Shown piece after piece: positions 1 to 10,945 of a DNA stretch of 35,439 nucleotides (within the stretch, counting starts at the first letter, position 1; every line of letters starts with the position of its first letter). The notes under the pieces are model-generated. The model was not told the DNA's origin and ran no database searches. It saw nothing but the letters and a program-made list of their open reading frames with translations. Position numbers and translations under genes: made by a program. Source of the stretch: Nemertoderma westbladi (Eukaryota > Animalia > Xenacoelomorpha); NCBI GenBank assembly GCA_032718475.1, contig JAUCBJ010002535.1, forward strand, positions 1-35,439, read 5' to 3'.

Positions 1-148
1 CAACCTGTGATTTTATGGTTGACTAAACTGTAAACAATTAAATCTAAATCGGTAGTTTTGGTCATATAAACTGCAAACCGGAGATTATAATGAATGCTGA
101 TATCAGTTTCACCATATGCGAGTTCGAATGGATGTTATTAAGATGCAA
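1..148. repeat. Dispersed repeat, copy 1 (second copy at 10250-10402)
   Basis: CAACCTGTGATTTTATGG...TTATTAAGATGCAA is near-identical at 1-148 and 10250-10402, with a few small indels; the right flanks diverge. Confidence 0.9.
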
Positions 149-203
149 TTAGATAATTGAGGAGATAAAGGGTCTTCTTTCCCGCTAATTTAAATAAATG
201 ATG

Positions 204-246
204 ATTACTGATGCATTTCTCCCTTAACGGGCTTCATCAGAGTAAT
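204..246 (-). ncRNA. Minimal type I hammerhead ribozyme motif (Penelope/retrozyme-like)
   Basis: Minus strand reads ATTACT-CTGATGA-AGCCCGTTAAGGGA-GAAA-TGCA-TC^AGTAAT: perfect 6-bp stem I, both catalytic boxes, CCC/GGG stem II, minimal palindromic stem III and an NUH triplet (AUC). The closing pair of stem II is mismatched. Confidence 0.7.
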
Positions 247-251
247 TTAAA

Positions 252-339
252 ATTTAAAATAATAACACACAACCGCAACCGGTATGTAGCTAGAGTTGTA
301 GCTAGATACCGGTTGCGGTTGTGTGTTATTATTTTAAAT
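252..339. repeat. 88-bp near-perfect palindrome/hairpin
   Basis: 252-285 is the exact reverse complement of 306-339 (34 bp), followed by a G/G mismatch, 6 more pairs (TAGCTA) and a 6-nt loop. Confidence 0.95.
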
Positions 340-342
340 CAG

Positions 343-823
343 ATTTAGAGCAGCAGTAGTTCCAGTACTCCTCTACGGGAGTCCATGCTGGGCTCTAACT
401 ACTGAGGACACCAAAATCTCTGGATGGCACATTCACAAGAATGCTACGCCGGGTTCATTGTGTCAAGTACAATGCTCACATCTCCAACCAGACACTCTAT
501 AACATTGGAGGTGTCTCATTGGTTCCCCCAAGCTTGACACTAGAACAAAATCGCCTCCGCTTTGCAGGACATTGCTTTCGCCGTGAGGACCTGCCAGTGC
601 ATAATCTTGTACTTTGGCAGCCTCATGGAGTGAATAAGCATGGTGGGACAGCCCATGACTTTCTTGAGACGCATCTTAAAGGACACTGGCCTTGAAGATG
701 CGGATGATCTAGCAAATGTCATGGGTGATAGGGAGTGGTGGCGGCGCAATTTTGTCGACAAGCCGGCACAGCATTCTTAAAAATGCAGCTGCAATGCAGC
801 ATGCCGATCCTAGTAGTAGTAGT
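343..823 (+). mobile_element. 5'-truncated 3' end of RTE-type LINE (family A) with (TAG)n tail
   Basis: Near-identical to the reverse complement of ~23266-23735; encodes LRFAGHCFRR...LVLWQP; ends ATGCCGATCC(TAG)4. Confidence 0.9.
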
Positions 824-1453
824 ACACCTACGCCAAAAACCTACGCGCTACGCCTACACCTATGCCCTACACCTACGCCTACACCTACGCCTACACCTAC
901 GCCTACACCTACGCCTACACCTACGCCCTACACCTACGCCAACACCTACGCCTACACCTACGCCTTACACCTACGCCCTACACCTACGCCAACACCTATG
1001 CCTACGCCTACACCTATGCACTACACCTACGCCTACACCTACGCCCTACACCTACGCCTACGCCAACACCTACGCCTACGCCTACAACTAGACATACACC
1101 TACGCCCTACACCTACGCCTACACCTATGCCCAACACCTATGCCCTACACCTATGCCTACACCTACGCCTACACCTACGCCAACACCTACGCCTACGCCT
1201 ACAACTAGACATACACCTACGCCCTACACCTACGCCCTACACCTACGCCATACACCTACACCTATGCCCAACACCTATGCCCTACGCCTACGCCTACGCC
1301 TACACCTACACCTACACCTACACCTACACCTACACCTACACCTACGCCTATGCCTACGCCTACTCCTACACCTACGCCCTACACCTACACCTACGCCTAC
1401 ACCTACGCCCTACACCTACGCCTACACCTACGCCTACACCTACGCCTACACCT
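824..1453. repeat. Hexamer-based microsatellite (ACACCT/ACGCCT/ATGCCT)n
   Basis: Directly visible; contains an internal higher-order duplication (CCTACAACTAGACATACACC occurs twice). It accounts for the PT/YAYT/LHLR ORFs. Confidence 0.95.
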
Positions 1454-2195
1454 TCGCGCTTGGCCTGGCAGCACTGCTTTGTATAAGGAAAGACTTTTTA
1501 CATGCATTCATTTCTTCATCGATCATTCTGCACCGTGATGTCTGATTATCTGCACCTCCTACATCACTCTTAGTTCTGCAATGCTGTGTTGCAATGTTGT
1601 ATCACTTTCTGTTTTCGGGAAGTCTAAATTTACTGTTACAGTGCTAACCTTTCCACCAGTACGCTTACAGGTTTTAACGAACGCTCCAATCATTACCGTA
1701 ACGAAAGATCGAACTTCCTGTATTCTGTGTACGGCGGTACTGATATCATACCTGCTAGAGCTAGACCATACTGTGGACATAGACGAAGATTAACCAAATC
1801 AGTTATTCACAATCATCATCCGAATAGACAGGCTAACGCTAACCAGATTTACTCAGAGAAGTGATGCAGATGTTTCTTTTCCTAGTAGTAATCACTATCT
1901 CTTGTAGTGTATTGCTATCACTATGGCTCGGCAGTATCCTTGTCAGGTAAGTGTCAGGTAACATTGCAATATTGTCTGTATAATGTTGATTCTACTGTAG
2001 CGATGTATTTTAGGTATATGTGTTTATCTGAATCACTATAAGGTAGAAGAATAACTGCTGTGGGTCTGGTGCTTTTTCAACGGAGCCCATTTTTTTTAAA
2101 GATTTTACAGTAGTTAAAGATTGAAAGCGAAAATAATTCACCCACGAAGGAGGTGGGAGGTGAAACTACTTATGTTTCAAATTGCATGCAATCTC

Positions 2196-2272
2196 CAGGG
2201 GCGTATTAAGGGGGGTGCAATGGGTGCAGGTGCACCCGGGCCGCCGCCGCCAACGGGCCGCCAGGTGTTTTT
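2196..2272 (+). mobile_element. Possible orphan terminus of a hAT-like DNA transposon/MITE
   Basis: GC-rich CAGGGGCGTATTAAGGGGGGTGCAATGGGTGCA...CCCGGGCCGCC island in AT-rich DNA resembles common hAT-type ends; no partner TIR found. Confidence 0.3.
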
Positions 2273-2693
2273 GTTGTATAATGTAATATTAATTAATTAA
2301 TTAATTGTATAATATATAATGTATAAAATACATTATTTTCTACATTATTTCAAGCGCTTGCGTTTATGGACGTATTAATCAGTTAGTACAGTACTGTAGT
2401 ACACCATGTCCCAGAATATAGTGTCGTAATTCAGTGACACCCCCCCCCCCCCCCCCCCCCCCCCCGCTAATTTGATCTGATTTTATTTTCACTGCTACAT
2501 ATGTGGGAATCCACCATTAACAAATAAAATTAATAATTCTTAGTCTTATGATACATTTGTATGCATCTCTAGGAAGTAATATGTTAGATTATTATATATT
2601 CATCACCAAAACATCACATTTAACTTAAAATAAAACACACCGAGAAACATTTACTAATGAGATGTTTGTCTAGAGACTTGAATGATGAGACTT

Positions 2694-5600
2694 TTAATTG
2701 CTTGATATCTTAGCTGCCAAATATAACAAGCTGTTCTTCTTTTCTATTAGACTTTCTGGTGTGTCAAATTCCACTATATGTCCTTCACTCAACACTATTA
2801 TTCTATCGCAGTTTATAATGGTATCTAGCCGATGTGCTATTGTCATAACTGTTGCGTTAGTGAAATTCCTATAGATGGCAGACTGTATAAGTTCATCGGT
2901 AAACTGATCAATAGAAGATGTTGCCTCGTCAATTAGAACAACCCTATATTTTCTTAACATAGCTCTCGCTAAACACAGAAGTTGTCTCTCTCCAACACTA
3001 AGGTTACTACCACGGCTTTCAACATAAAAAGTTAAGATATCTATTTCCCCTTCTTTGGGAATTATTGAACCATATTTATATTTGGACTCAAGTCTCATTT
3101 CCAAAAAAGATTTCAATTGAACCCTTTCTAGAGCTTCAATGATCTCAATACTTTCAAACTCATTAAAAGGATCTAAGTTATATTGCAGAGTGCCTTCAAA
3201 CAAAACACGATCTTGTGGAATAACTGTAATTGACTTCCGTAAATCATGCAAACCAATTTCAGTTATATCAACATTATCTATAGTGATTAGTCCTTGAGGT
3301 TCAACTAGACGAAGTAACACTGTAAATAATGATGATTTTCCGGCTCCGGTGCGCCCAATAATTCCGATCTTCTCAGAAGATCTTGTTTTAAAGTTTATTC
3401 CATGCAACACCTCATCATCTCCATAATTAAGCTTCACATTTTTGAAGGTGATAATTCCAGAATTTGGCCATTTAGTTGGAATTTGCGTGCCAGAAATGTG
3501 GAATTGAGCCTCTTGGTCTAATTTATAGTAATCAAGTACTCGTTCAACAGATGTTAAATTAATTTCCAGTAGCGCTGACATTTTTATGAAATATGTGATA
3601 AAATTGGTGGTTCCAAACACATATATTACTGCTACAAACAATATGTCCTTAGATACAAAACTATCCATATACAAAGAAATTAGTAAAACAAATATGCTAA
3701 AAATGGCATAAGGAATTGATATACTGATGCTAAGCAACGTAGTAAGATTACGAACCATAAACATTGATTCGGTATGATGATCTAAGTGGGAAAAAAAGCG
3801 TTTCACGTAAATTGGTTGGACTTCAAATGCTTTTATAATATCACGGCCCTCCATAGTATCAGAAGCATGTTGAAATATTGGATTTCTCACTGATGCTTCA
3901 ATAAACTTAACCTGTTTAAGACTTTTCATAATATACAAACGTATCAAGAAAACCGTGATCATTGTAGGGATAGCCAGCAATAAGGTCCATGGATTAGCTA
4001 TTCCCGAAAGTAAAACTGCAAGAATGCAACGACTGAATGTATTGACGATTTCAACAATTAAATCTGGTAATATGTTGTCCATTATTCCAATATCTTTAGA
4101 GAATCGGTTGAGTATTCCACCTGCGGGATTCTGTTCAAAGAATTTCATTGGGGCATGAGAAACTCTTTTGAATATTTCTCCATGTAATTTATCAGATGCA
4201 CCTAGTATAGCATGATATATTGCAAACATACCTAATGTACTGCACAGTAAGTATGAGAAAACCAGATATGCATACCCAAGTACAATATCTCTCCACTGGC
4301 TCTCTATTATTAGTTGGTTTATAATATTATTATTGAGTTCAACATAATTTTGTTTTTGTGAATTATTAAATGATTCTTGAGTAGCCCAACTTACCAACCA
4401 ATAATCTGACAATGACAGATATATGTATGTTAAAATCCCTGTTGATATTATTACCAGAAAACGTGGTGCATTTAATCCAAATTTAATAAAAATGAGAATA
4501 ATTGAAAACGTTGACTTGACTGATCTATCTTTATTATCGAAATCATTGTCAATATTGGGGTTGTGATTATCATCTTCGATAATTTTACTTTCATACATTT
4601 TAGAATAAACAATTTCTGTACCATTCGATGTCTCTGGCAAATCGCTTCTAATTAGGGTTTCAGTAACATCTTTGCCATAAAGTGACACTGTTTTTGAATT
4701 TGGAGGTATAATTTGTAGGAGGTGGGTGACCAAGACGACAATTCCGTTGGACTGACAGTGCTTTAAACAGTTATCAACCAAGTCTTTGGCCACTCGTCTG
4801 TCTACAGCTGAAAGAGGATCATCCATAAGGTATATATTTGCCCTGGAATAAACTGCTCTTGCTAAGGCTATACGAGCTTTTTGACCACCAGATAATGATA
4901 TCCCCTTTTCACCAACTAAAGTCATATCACCATCTTTAAACAGTAATAAGTCTACTGATAAGCAACTTAGTTTAATAACTTCATCATACCAATCTCCTTC
5001 AAATATTTGCCCCAGCAAGATATTTTCCCTTATTGTTCCAGAGAATATGAATGGTGTTTGAGATACATAGGCCAGCTTTCCATTTTTCTCAATTAATCCA
5101 CATTCAGGAGGCAATTCACCTAGTATTGCCTGCAATATGCTGGACTTTCCAGAACCTACTGGACCTACAATGTAAACTATTTCACCAAAAACTGCTTTGA
5201 AAGATACATTATGAATGATAGACCCACTGTTGAAAGACCATCTTCCTGTAATGTTTTCTACCTTTACAAAAATATCTTTTTGGATTTGGCATATTTCTTA
5301 TTATTCCATTCCTTTGTAAGTCCTCTACATTAAACAATTGGTAATTTAAACCTATAAACGAATCAATTCGTTGAAAAACACAATGAAGTTCCCCCAATTC
5401 ACGTAAAGCAGCACCAAACACTAGTACGCTTGTGATTACATTGATTAATATGATGTTGGAGCTCATTACTGTGATTATATTTAATGGATACCCAAGCCCA
5501 GTATACAGAACGTAGACACAAAAGGTGACAACATTAATGTAGGCAAAAAAAATGGTTGAGTAAAATGAGTGGCAATACATGATCTTACATATCTCTGATA

Positions 5601-6309
5601 ATTCTTTACTTCGGGCATTCTTTACAGCAGCCTCATATAAATCTTCCCACCCAAACACTTTGATTGCTTTCATGCCAACTAATATTTCATGTATCAATGT
5701 TATTCTCCGATCAGTGAATGATGCAGCTTTCCGACGTACTAATGAAAATAATTTTGCAAATCCTAGACTCAATGGGAAGACTAACATTACGAGTAACATA
5801 CCAAAAATACCAGACCATTCCAGATTGAAATACATTAAAGGGAACACTAGAAATACCAAAATAGGTGTTGAAATTAGACTATTCGCCAGAAATGAAAATT
5901 GTTCCACTCTTCCAACATCAGAGGACAACAAGTTAGTAACTTGACCTGTTGTAGTATTATTGATATTCCATGAATTTAATGTCAATATCTTTCTATATAT
6001 AAGGGTACTGCATCCAACCTTAATTTTCATCCACAATAGGTTAGAATAAAAAGAAGAATTTACGTCAGCAAACACTGATAAAAAAGATGTTATTCCAATT
6101 ATTAAGCAATCAAATAATGTTTTTTCTATGGAAAAATTGCTATCCATTTCCAAATAGTGTCCAATAAATCGTTGTAGAAATAATACTCTAACAAGCAGTG
6201 AAACTTCATGAATAGTTCTTAACATAGAACAAATGAGGTATTCTTTCCAATGTATTATTATCAGTGTTCTCAGAATATTGAATTCTTCTTGTCTTGTTCC
6301 TCCGACTTT
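2694..6309 (-). CDS. ABCC (MRP4-like) ABC transporter, main exon (TMD1-NBD1-TMD2-NBD2), one frameshift near 5277-5281
   Basis: Acceptor TTTCAG| at 6310. NBD1 has GPVGSGKS, LSGGQKARI and IYLMDD; NBD2 has GRTGAGKS, LSVGERQ, VLIDE and IAHR; ILNRFSKD in TMD2. Removing one A from CCAAAAAGA joins ORF 5209-6225 to ORF 2694-5135 through ...PKDIFVKVENITGRW...VGPVGSGKSS. Confidence 0.9.
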
Positions 6310-6409
6310 CTGAAATATATAAAAAATAAGAATGAGACCCCTTACATCACCTATATAATCGACATGCTATATTGTAGTGAATGCAATGCTGGCTTATTGA
6401 CAAAATTGA

Positions 6410-7110
6410 GCAACTACAACACCCTATCCCCCATGACTTTAGAGAGATGATCAGTATCTTCAAGGTTAGTGTCCTTTAAGAGGTGTCTCAAGAAAGTCAT
6501 GGGATGTTCACCACATTCATTCTATCTATGTGTCTGCTAAAGCACCAGATAGTGCAAAGGTTGGTCCTCATGGCATAAACAATGTGCAGCAAAACGGAAA
6601 GGTGACTCCATTCAAGTGTAAGCTTGGGCTAAAGAATCACCTACAATGCATTATTGGTCTGGTTGGAGATATGTTTATTAAACTTGACATAATGAACCTG
6701 GTGTAACATTCTTGTGTATGAGCCATCCTGAGATTTGTTGTCCTCAGCAGTTAGAGTCCATAATTTACTTCCATATAGGAGACCAGTTCTACTGCTGCTC
6801 TAAATAATCAACCTTGAGATTACATTTTATTCTGTGACTTCCAACCCGTGGATACACCATTCAATTTTGCCCATGCCTTTACCTTTATATATGCAGAGGT
6901 TGTCACCTGACTTTTATGCATACTTTTATGCTTACTTTACCAATTAGCAGAATCCACATACGCAAGCAAACTTGATCCTGGCGTTGGAAGTTATGTTCAT
7001 AATTCAGACATTTGTTGAGCACTGTATAAGTAAACTGTCAACATGTTGGTCTTCATGAAGTTAACAAACAACCAACACTAGAAGAAACCAGCTCCAATGA
7101 GCTGAAGGGT
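6410..7110 (-). mobile_element. Degenerate family A LINE 3' fragment in ABCC intron
   Basis: Colinear similarity to ~23340-24030 (GTGTCCTTTAAG..GTCTCAAGAAAGTCATGGG; ACTGCTGCTCTAAATA). Boundaries approximate. Confidence 0.75.
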
Positions 7111-7191
7111 CGATGAAAATAAACAAAACTGGTATGTATGCAGTGTAGAAATGAATCTGAAGTTTTGTAAAAAAAAAATGAGACTGTCTAT

Positions 7192-7275
7192 CAGTCAGTA
7201 CATGTTAGTTTCAAACTTTTGATAAAAACCGAACAGTCAGTACATGTTAGTTTCAAACTTTTGATAAAAACCGAA
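7192..7275. repeat. Perfect 42-bp tandem duplication within a diverged longer repeat (~7110-7470)
   Basis: CAGTCAGTACATGTTAGTTTCAAACTTTTGATAAAAACCGAA x2. Confidence 0.9.
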
Positions 7276-7584
7276 ATAAGTCAGTCAATCATTGAAGAAA
7301 TTAAATCAAACTTTGTAATGCATGCAGTACGACAAAAGGTTGGAAATAATCTGAAGCTTGGTCAAAAATGAGACAGTCTGTCAGTCGGTACCGGTAGTTT
7401 CAGACTTTTAAAAAAATCTAAAATAAGGCATCCAATCACAGATGAACTTAAACCAAACTTGTTATGTGTGCGGCTTCGTGCTGCGTGAAGGCCCCATGAA
7501 CGTGTCACCAATAATGTGTGTATTTCTGAGTACAGATTGTGACACATGATATAAAGCATTAAATTATTTATCAACCGGGCAAAA

Positions 7585-7800
7585 TCATGCCATTGTTTTA
7601 GAGCTTCTCAAAGGGGGACTTCCAACAGCTGATGTGATCAGCTGGAGATCTGCCTTAACCTTGGTGTTTTGTTTCCATTCACTCTCAGGCAGCAGATTTC
7701 TAGATTGCCTGCAACCATCATCGGCAGTGTTGATGGCATCAACCTGCTGATAGCTCCAGTATATGATATCTAAAATTAATATCCTTTCCTGCAATAATTA
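7585..7800 (-). mobile_element. Degenerate family A LINE linker fragment
   Basis: QQVDAINTADDGCRQS...TKVKAD matches QQVDAINDADDSRQS...TKVKAD in ORF 23612-25501. Confidence 0.75.
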
Positions 7801-8138
7801 GTTACTAACAACTCTGCAAAAACTATCTTACATACACTTACTGTAGCTTATAATGGTTATCAAAATTGGAAAATACTCAAGCAACACGTGTTCTAGAAGT
7901 TTATTGTTAGTGATTATTTTGCTGCATTCAATGCGATAGGCTACAACAGAGGATATCACTATAACGCAGAGAAGTTACATAATGTACAAATATATACTAT
8001 TTAATTTTAAAGCATAAATGTAGACCAACATGATGTTGGATGTCGTGTCCCATTCCCAGAAACGACTTGTACAACCTCGCCTCAGGGTCATTACTTTGAT
8101 GGAGCGACTGCATGTAAATAGAACACAATAACACCCAC

Positions 8139-8321
8139 CTTGCTGTTTAGAGTTTTTAGTAAAATGTAGCTCTGGTAATCAGCTGTTAGACTTTCAGGAA
8201 TTGGTCTAATGAAGTCATCACTAGAGATTCTCCTGTGCGACTGGATCCTTAGAAAAGGCAAAATGTATGAATAGAACAAAGGGAAGAAAGGGTTAATTTT
8301 CAAATGTGCAATCATAATCAT
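8139..8321 (-). CDS. ABCC transporter upstream coding exon (lasso/L0-like motif)
   Basis: NPFFPLFYSYILPFLRIQSHRRISSDDF resembles the ABCC4-type lasso. Ends AAG|GTGGGT (phase 0), matching the phase-0 acceptor at 6310; the joined product is ~1265 aa. The start ATG is uncertain and a further upstream exon is possible. Confidence 0.7.
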
Positions 8322-9099
8322 CAATTTTGGAACAGTAGGTTCAGTATGAAATAGCCAACAACTTATCCCTATGTAAAAAGTCAGTCTGACTGCTTATGGT
8401 ATGATTCTGTATGGTAAAGTATGGTATGGTATGGCGTGGTTCACGGTATGATAGGGCCTAGGCCTATGGTACAATTTAAGTTCAGGACAGCTAAGGGAGG
8501 ATTATGGATAAGCTCAAAAAGGTATCCTTGGCATTCTCGGGTGCTCCAATTTCTCTTTATCTTTCACCTCAAATATGCATTCTGTGTACAGCAATAATTC
8601 AATCAAAATTCGGGAAATCTGAGTTTTTTTCATTCAATTTAATGCTTCCAGCTGCTACATTTCCAAACTCACCGTCGTCTTGGTGGGTGCAAGACAAAAC
8701 TCATTTTCGTCTCCAAGAAGTCTCAAAGGTCATGACTGCTCTGCCATGAAGAGCCCAAGTGTTAATTTAGAATACATTCATTATTAGGATTTCCATCAGT
8801 GTGACTACAAACCACCCGGGAAGAAATTAATTACTGGGACAGGTACAATGCTGTGAATGCTGTGACCGGTACAGCCAATGACAGTGTCCGCCCTGTCACT
8901 ACTGCAGCTTCTATGTAGACCAATAAAGCATGTGATTGTGATTGTGTAACTCCTAAACTATTCAAGATCCATGAATTCTTGCAATTACTTTATCCAATGC
9001 TTAAACATTTTAAAATGCACCACAAGGTAAATTTAGCTATTTCATCAATTTAGTCATTTAGTCAATTTTGTTGTCCCATAGAAACGAAAACTTTTTGTT

Positions 9100-9305
9100 T
9101 CATATAACAGAAACAGTCTGATCTCGTTTACAGCTGAGCTATTCGATAAAATATCATGAACAGGATAAGGGATCCCATGGAAAATCTCCTGCACCACAAC
9201 CAAAATGGGTTCCAAAAAGTTAGAAGTAACCAGGAATCCATTCTCGCATCATGTACAGTAGAATTCTTGGAGGCTTTCGACTCCGACTTCCGGCCAACCA
9301 TGTTA
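9100..9305 (+). mobile_element. Degenerate LINE reverse transcriptase fragment
   Basis: NRIRDPMENLLHHNQNGFQK...VEFLEAFDS, homologous to NRIRDPIERLLRGNQNGFRK...VDFFKAFDS. Confidence 0.7.
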
Positions 9306-9679
9306 AAGAACTGTAACTTCAGGTTATTATTTACCTACAGTACACTATTTTACATGCAGTATGTATAGTGTGCGGAACAGTATAATGTGGTGCAGTATAT
9401 ATATAGTATGGATGGTACATTAACAGAATGCTTCACTAATAAGCAAATCTTACAGTTATTTGCAGTAGCTCCTAATCCTGTAAAAATAATTAACCCCTAA
9501 TTTCCAACCTTTACACAGCATATTCAAACACGAGACACCTATACCCATGCATTAAACAACACTAAACTGTTTCCGAGTTACTGTAGGCCCTATAGTAGGT
9601 CTAGATTTAAATTAAAAAACCTCCAGGCACACACAATCAGTCATCAGCTCATGTTGACTTTTCTAACTTGTGGTAGCAG

Positions 9680-10233
9680 GTATGTAGGCCTCCTGTATGA
9701 TAATTATACAGTTTGATGTGGTTCTGTATTCGTATCAGTTGGTACAGTATGTACTATGTATGTAGGCCTACTGTATGATAATTATACAGTTTGATGTGGT
9801 TCTGTATTCGTATCAGTTGGTACAGTATGTACTATGTATGTAGGCCTCCTGTATGATAATTATACAGTTTGATGTGGTTCTGTATTCGTATCAGTTGGTA
9901 CAGTATGTACTATGTATGTAGGCCTCCTGTATGATAATTATACAGTTTGATGTGGTTCTGTATTCGTATCAGTTGGTACAGTATGTACTATGTATGTAGG
10001 CCTCCTGTATGATAATTATACAGTTTGATGTGGTTCTGTATTCGTATCAGTTGGTACAGTATGTACTATGTATGTAGGCCTCCTATGATAATTATACAGT
10101 TTGATGTGGATCTGTATTCGTATCAGTTGGTACAGTATGTACTATGTATGTAGGCCTCCTGTATGATAATTATACAGTTTGATGTGGAACTGTAGTCGTA
10201 TCAGTAGCAGACAGTATGTACCATGTATGTAGG
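9680..10233. repeat. 78-bp minisatellite, ~7 copies
   Basis: TAGGCC recurs at 9685, 9763, 9841, 9919, 9997, 10075 and 10151 (one 76-bp unit); units are near-identical. Confidence 0.95.
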
Positions 10234-10249
10234 GTTGTAGGCCTGTGTA

Positions 10250-10402
10250 CAACCTGTGATTTTATGGTTGACTAAACTGTATGTAACCAATTAAATCTCG
10301 AATCGGTAGTTTTGGTCATATAAACTGCAAACCGGAGATTATAATGAATGCTGATATCAGTTTCACCATATGCGAGTTCGAATGGATGTTATTAAGATGC
10401 AA
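10250..10402. repeat. Dispersed repeat, copy 2
   Basis: Matches 1-148; directly follows the 78-bp array. Confidence 0.9.
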
Positions 10403-10945
10403 ATCAGCCGTGATTTATAATTTTGCTTATCATGGTGCATGCTGCCTAATGTAGGCCTACAAACATGACAAGTAAATTATGAACTGAAATTAAATATATA
10501 ATGGGAAATTTTCTTGATGCACCTGTTTGAAAAATTAATTTATTGAATAAAATATAAAACATTGACATTATTATTATTAACATGAATTTAACATCTGGTG
10601 AAATTCCGTATTTGAGGTTTTACTCAATATTTCTAGCAAGTAATATGCATATCATCTGCCTTAAACTCTAAATGATAGTAATCCCTACGGGTTTCCCTTG
10701 TATGTTTTTTAAATGTCATTAAACATTTAGGCATAGGCATATGGGGTTAGATTTTCCTACGTTGTTGAATCTCATTCTAGCGCGCTGTATTGCTGTCCGA
10801 CCTCGTTCAGTATTACGCATTGCTGATCGCTCTTCCTCATTGGTACATCTTATTTTATTAAATAACTACTGTAAACATATCTATTAAATTGATATTATAA
10901 TATAGAAAAATTATTTTGCTTTATAAATTGAATTTAGTAGTGCAT

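Noticed and set aside
716-1545. Pro/Thr-rich, Tyr/Ala-rich and Leu/His/Arg-rich ORFs
   Set aside because: All three frames are open only because the hexamer satellite lacks stops; two of the starts lie in a LINE remnant.
1559-1793. Short ORFs on both strands
   Set aside because: No recognisable motif or supported splice partners.
8504-8749. 81-aa plus-strand ORF or additional ABCC exon
   Set aside because: No recognisable homology; the antisense frame I translated has several stops.
10720-10850. Minus-strand EEERSAMRNTERGRTAIQRAR peptide reminiscent of Helitron N-terminal repeats
   Set aside because: Too short and low in complexity; no Rep or helicase motifs nearby.
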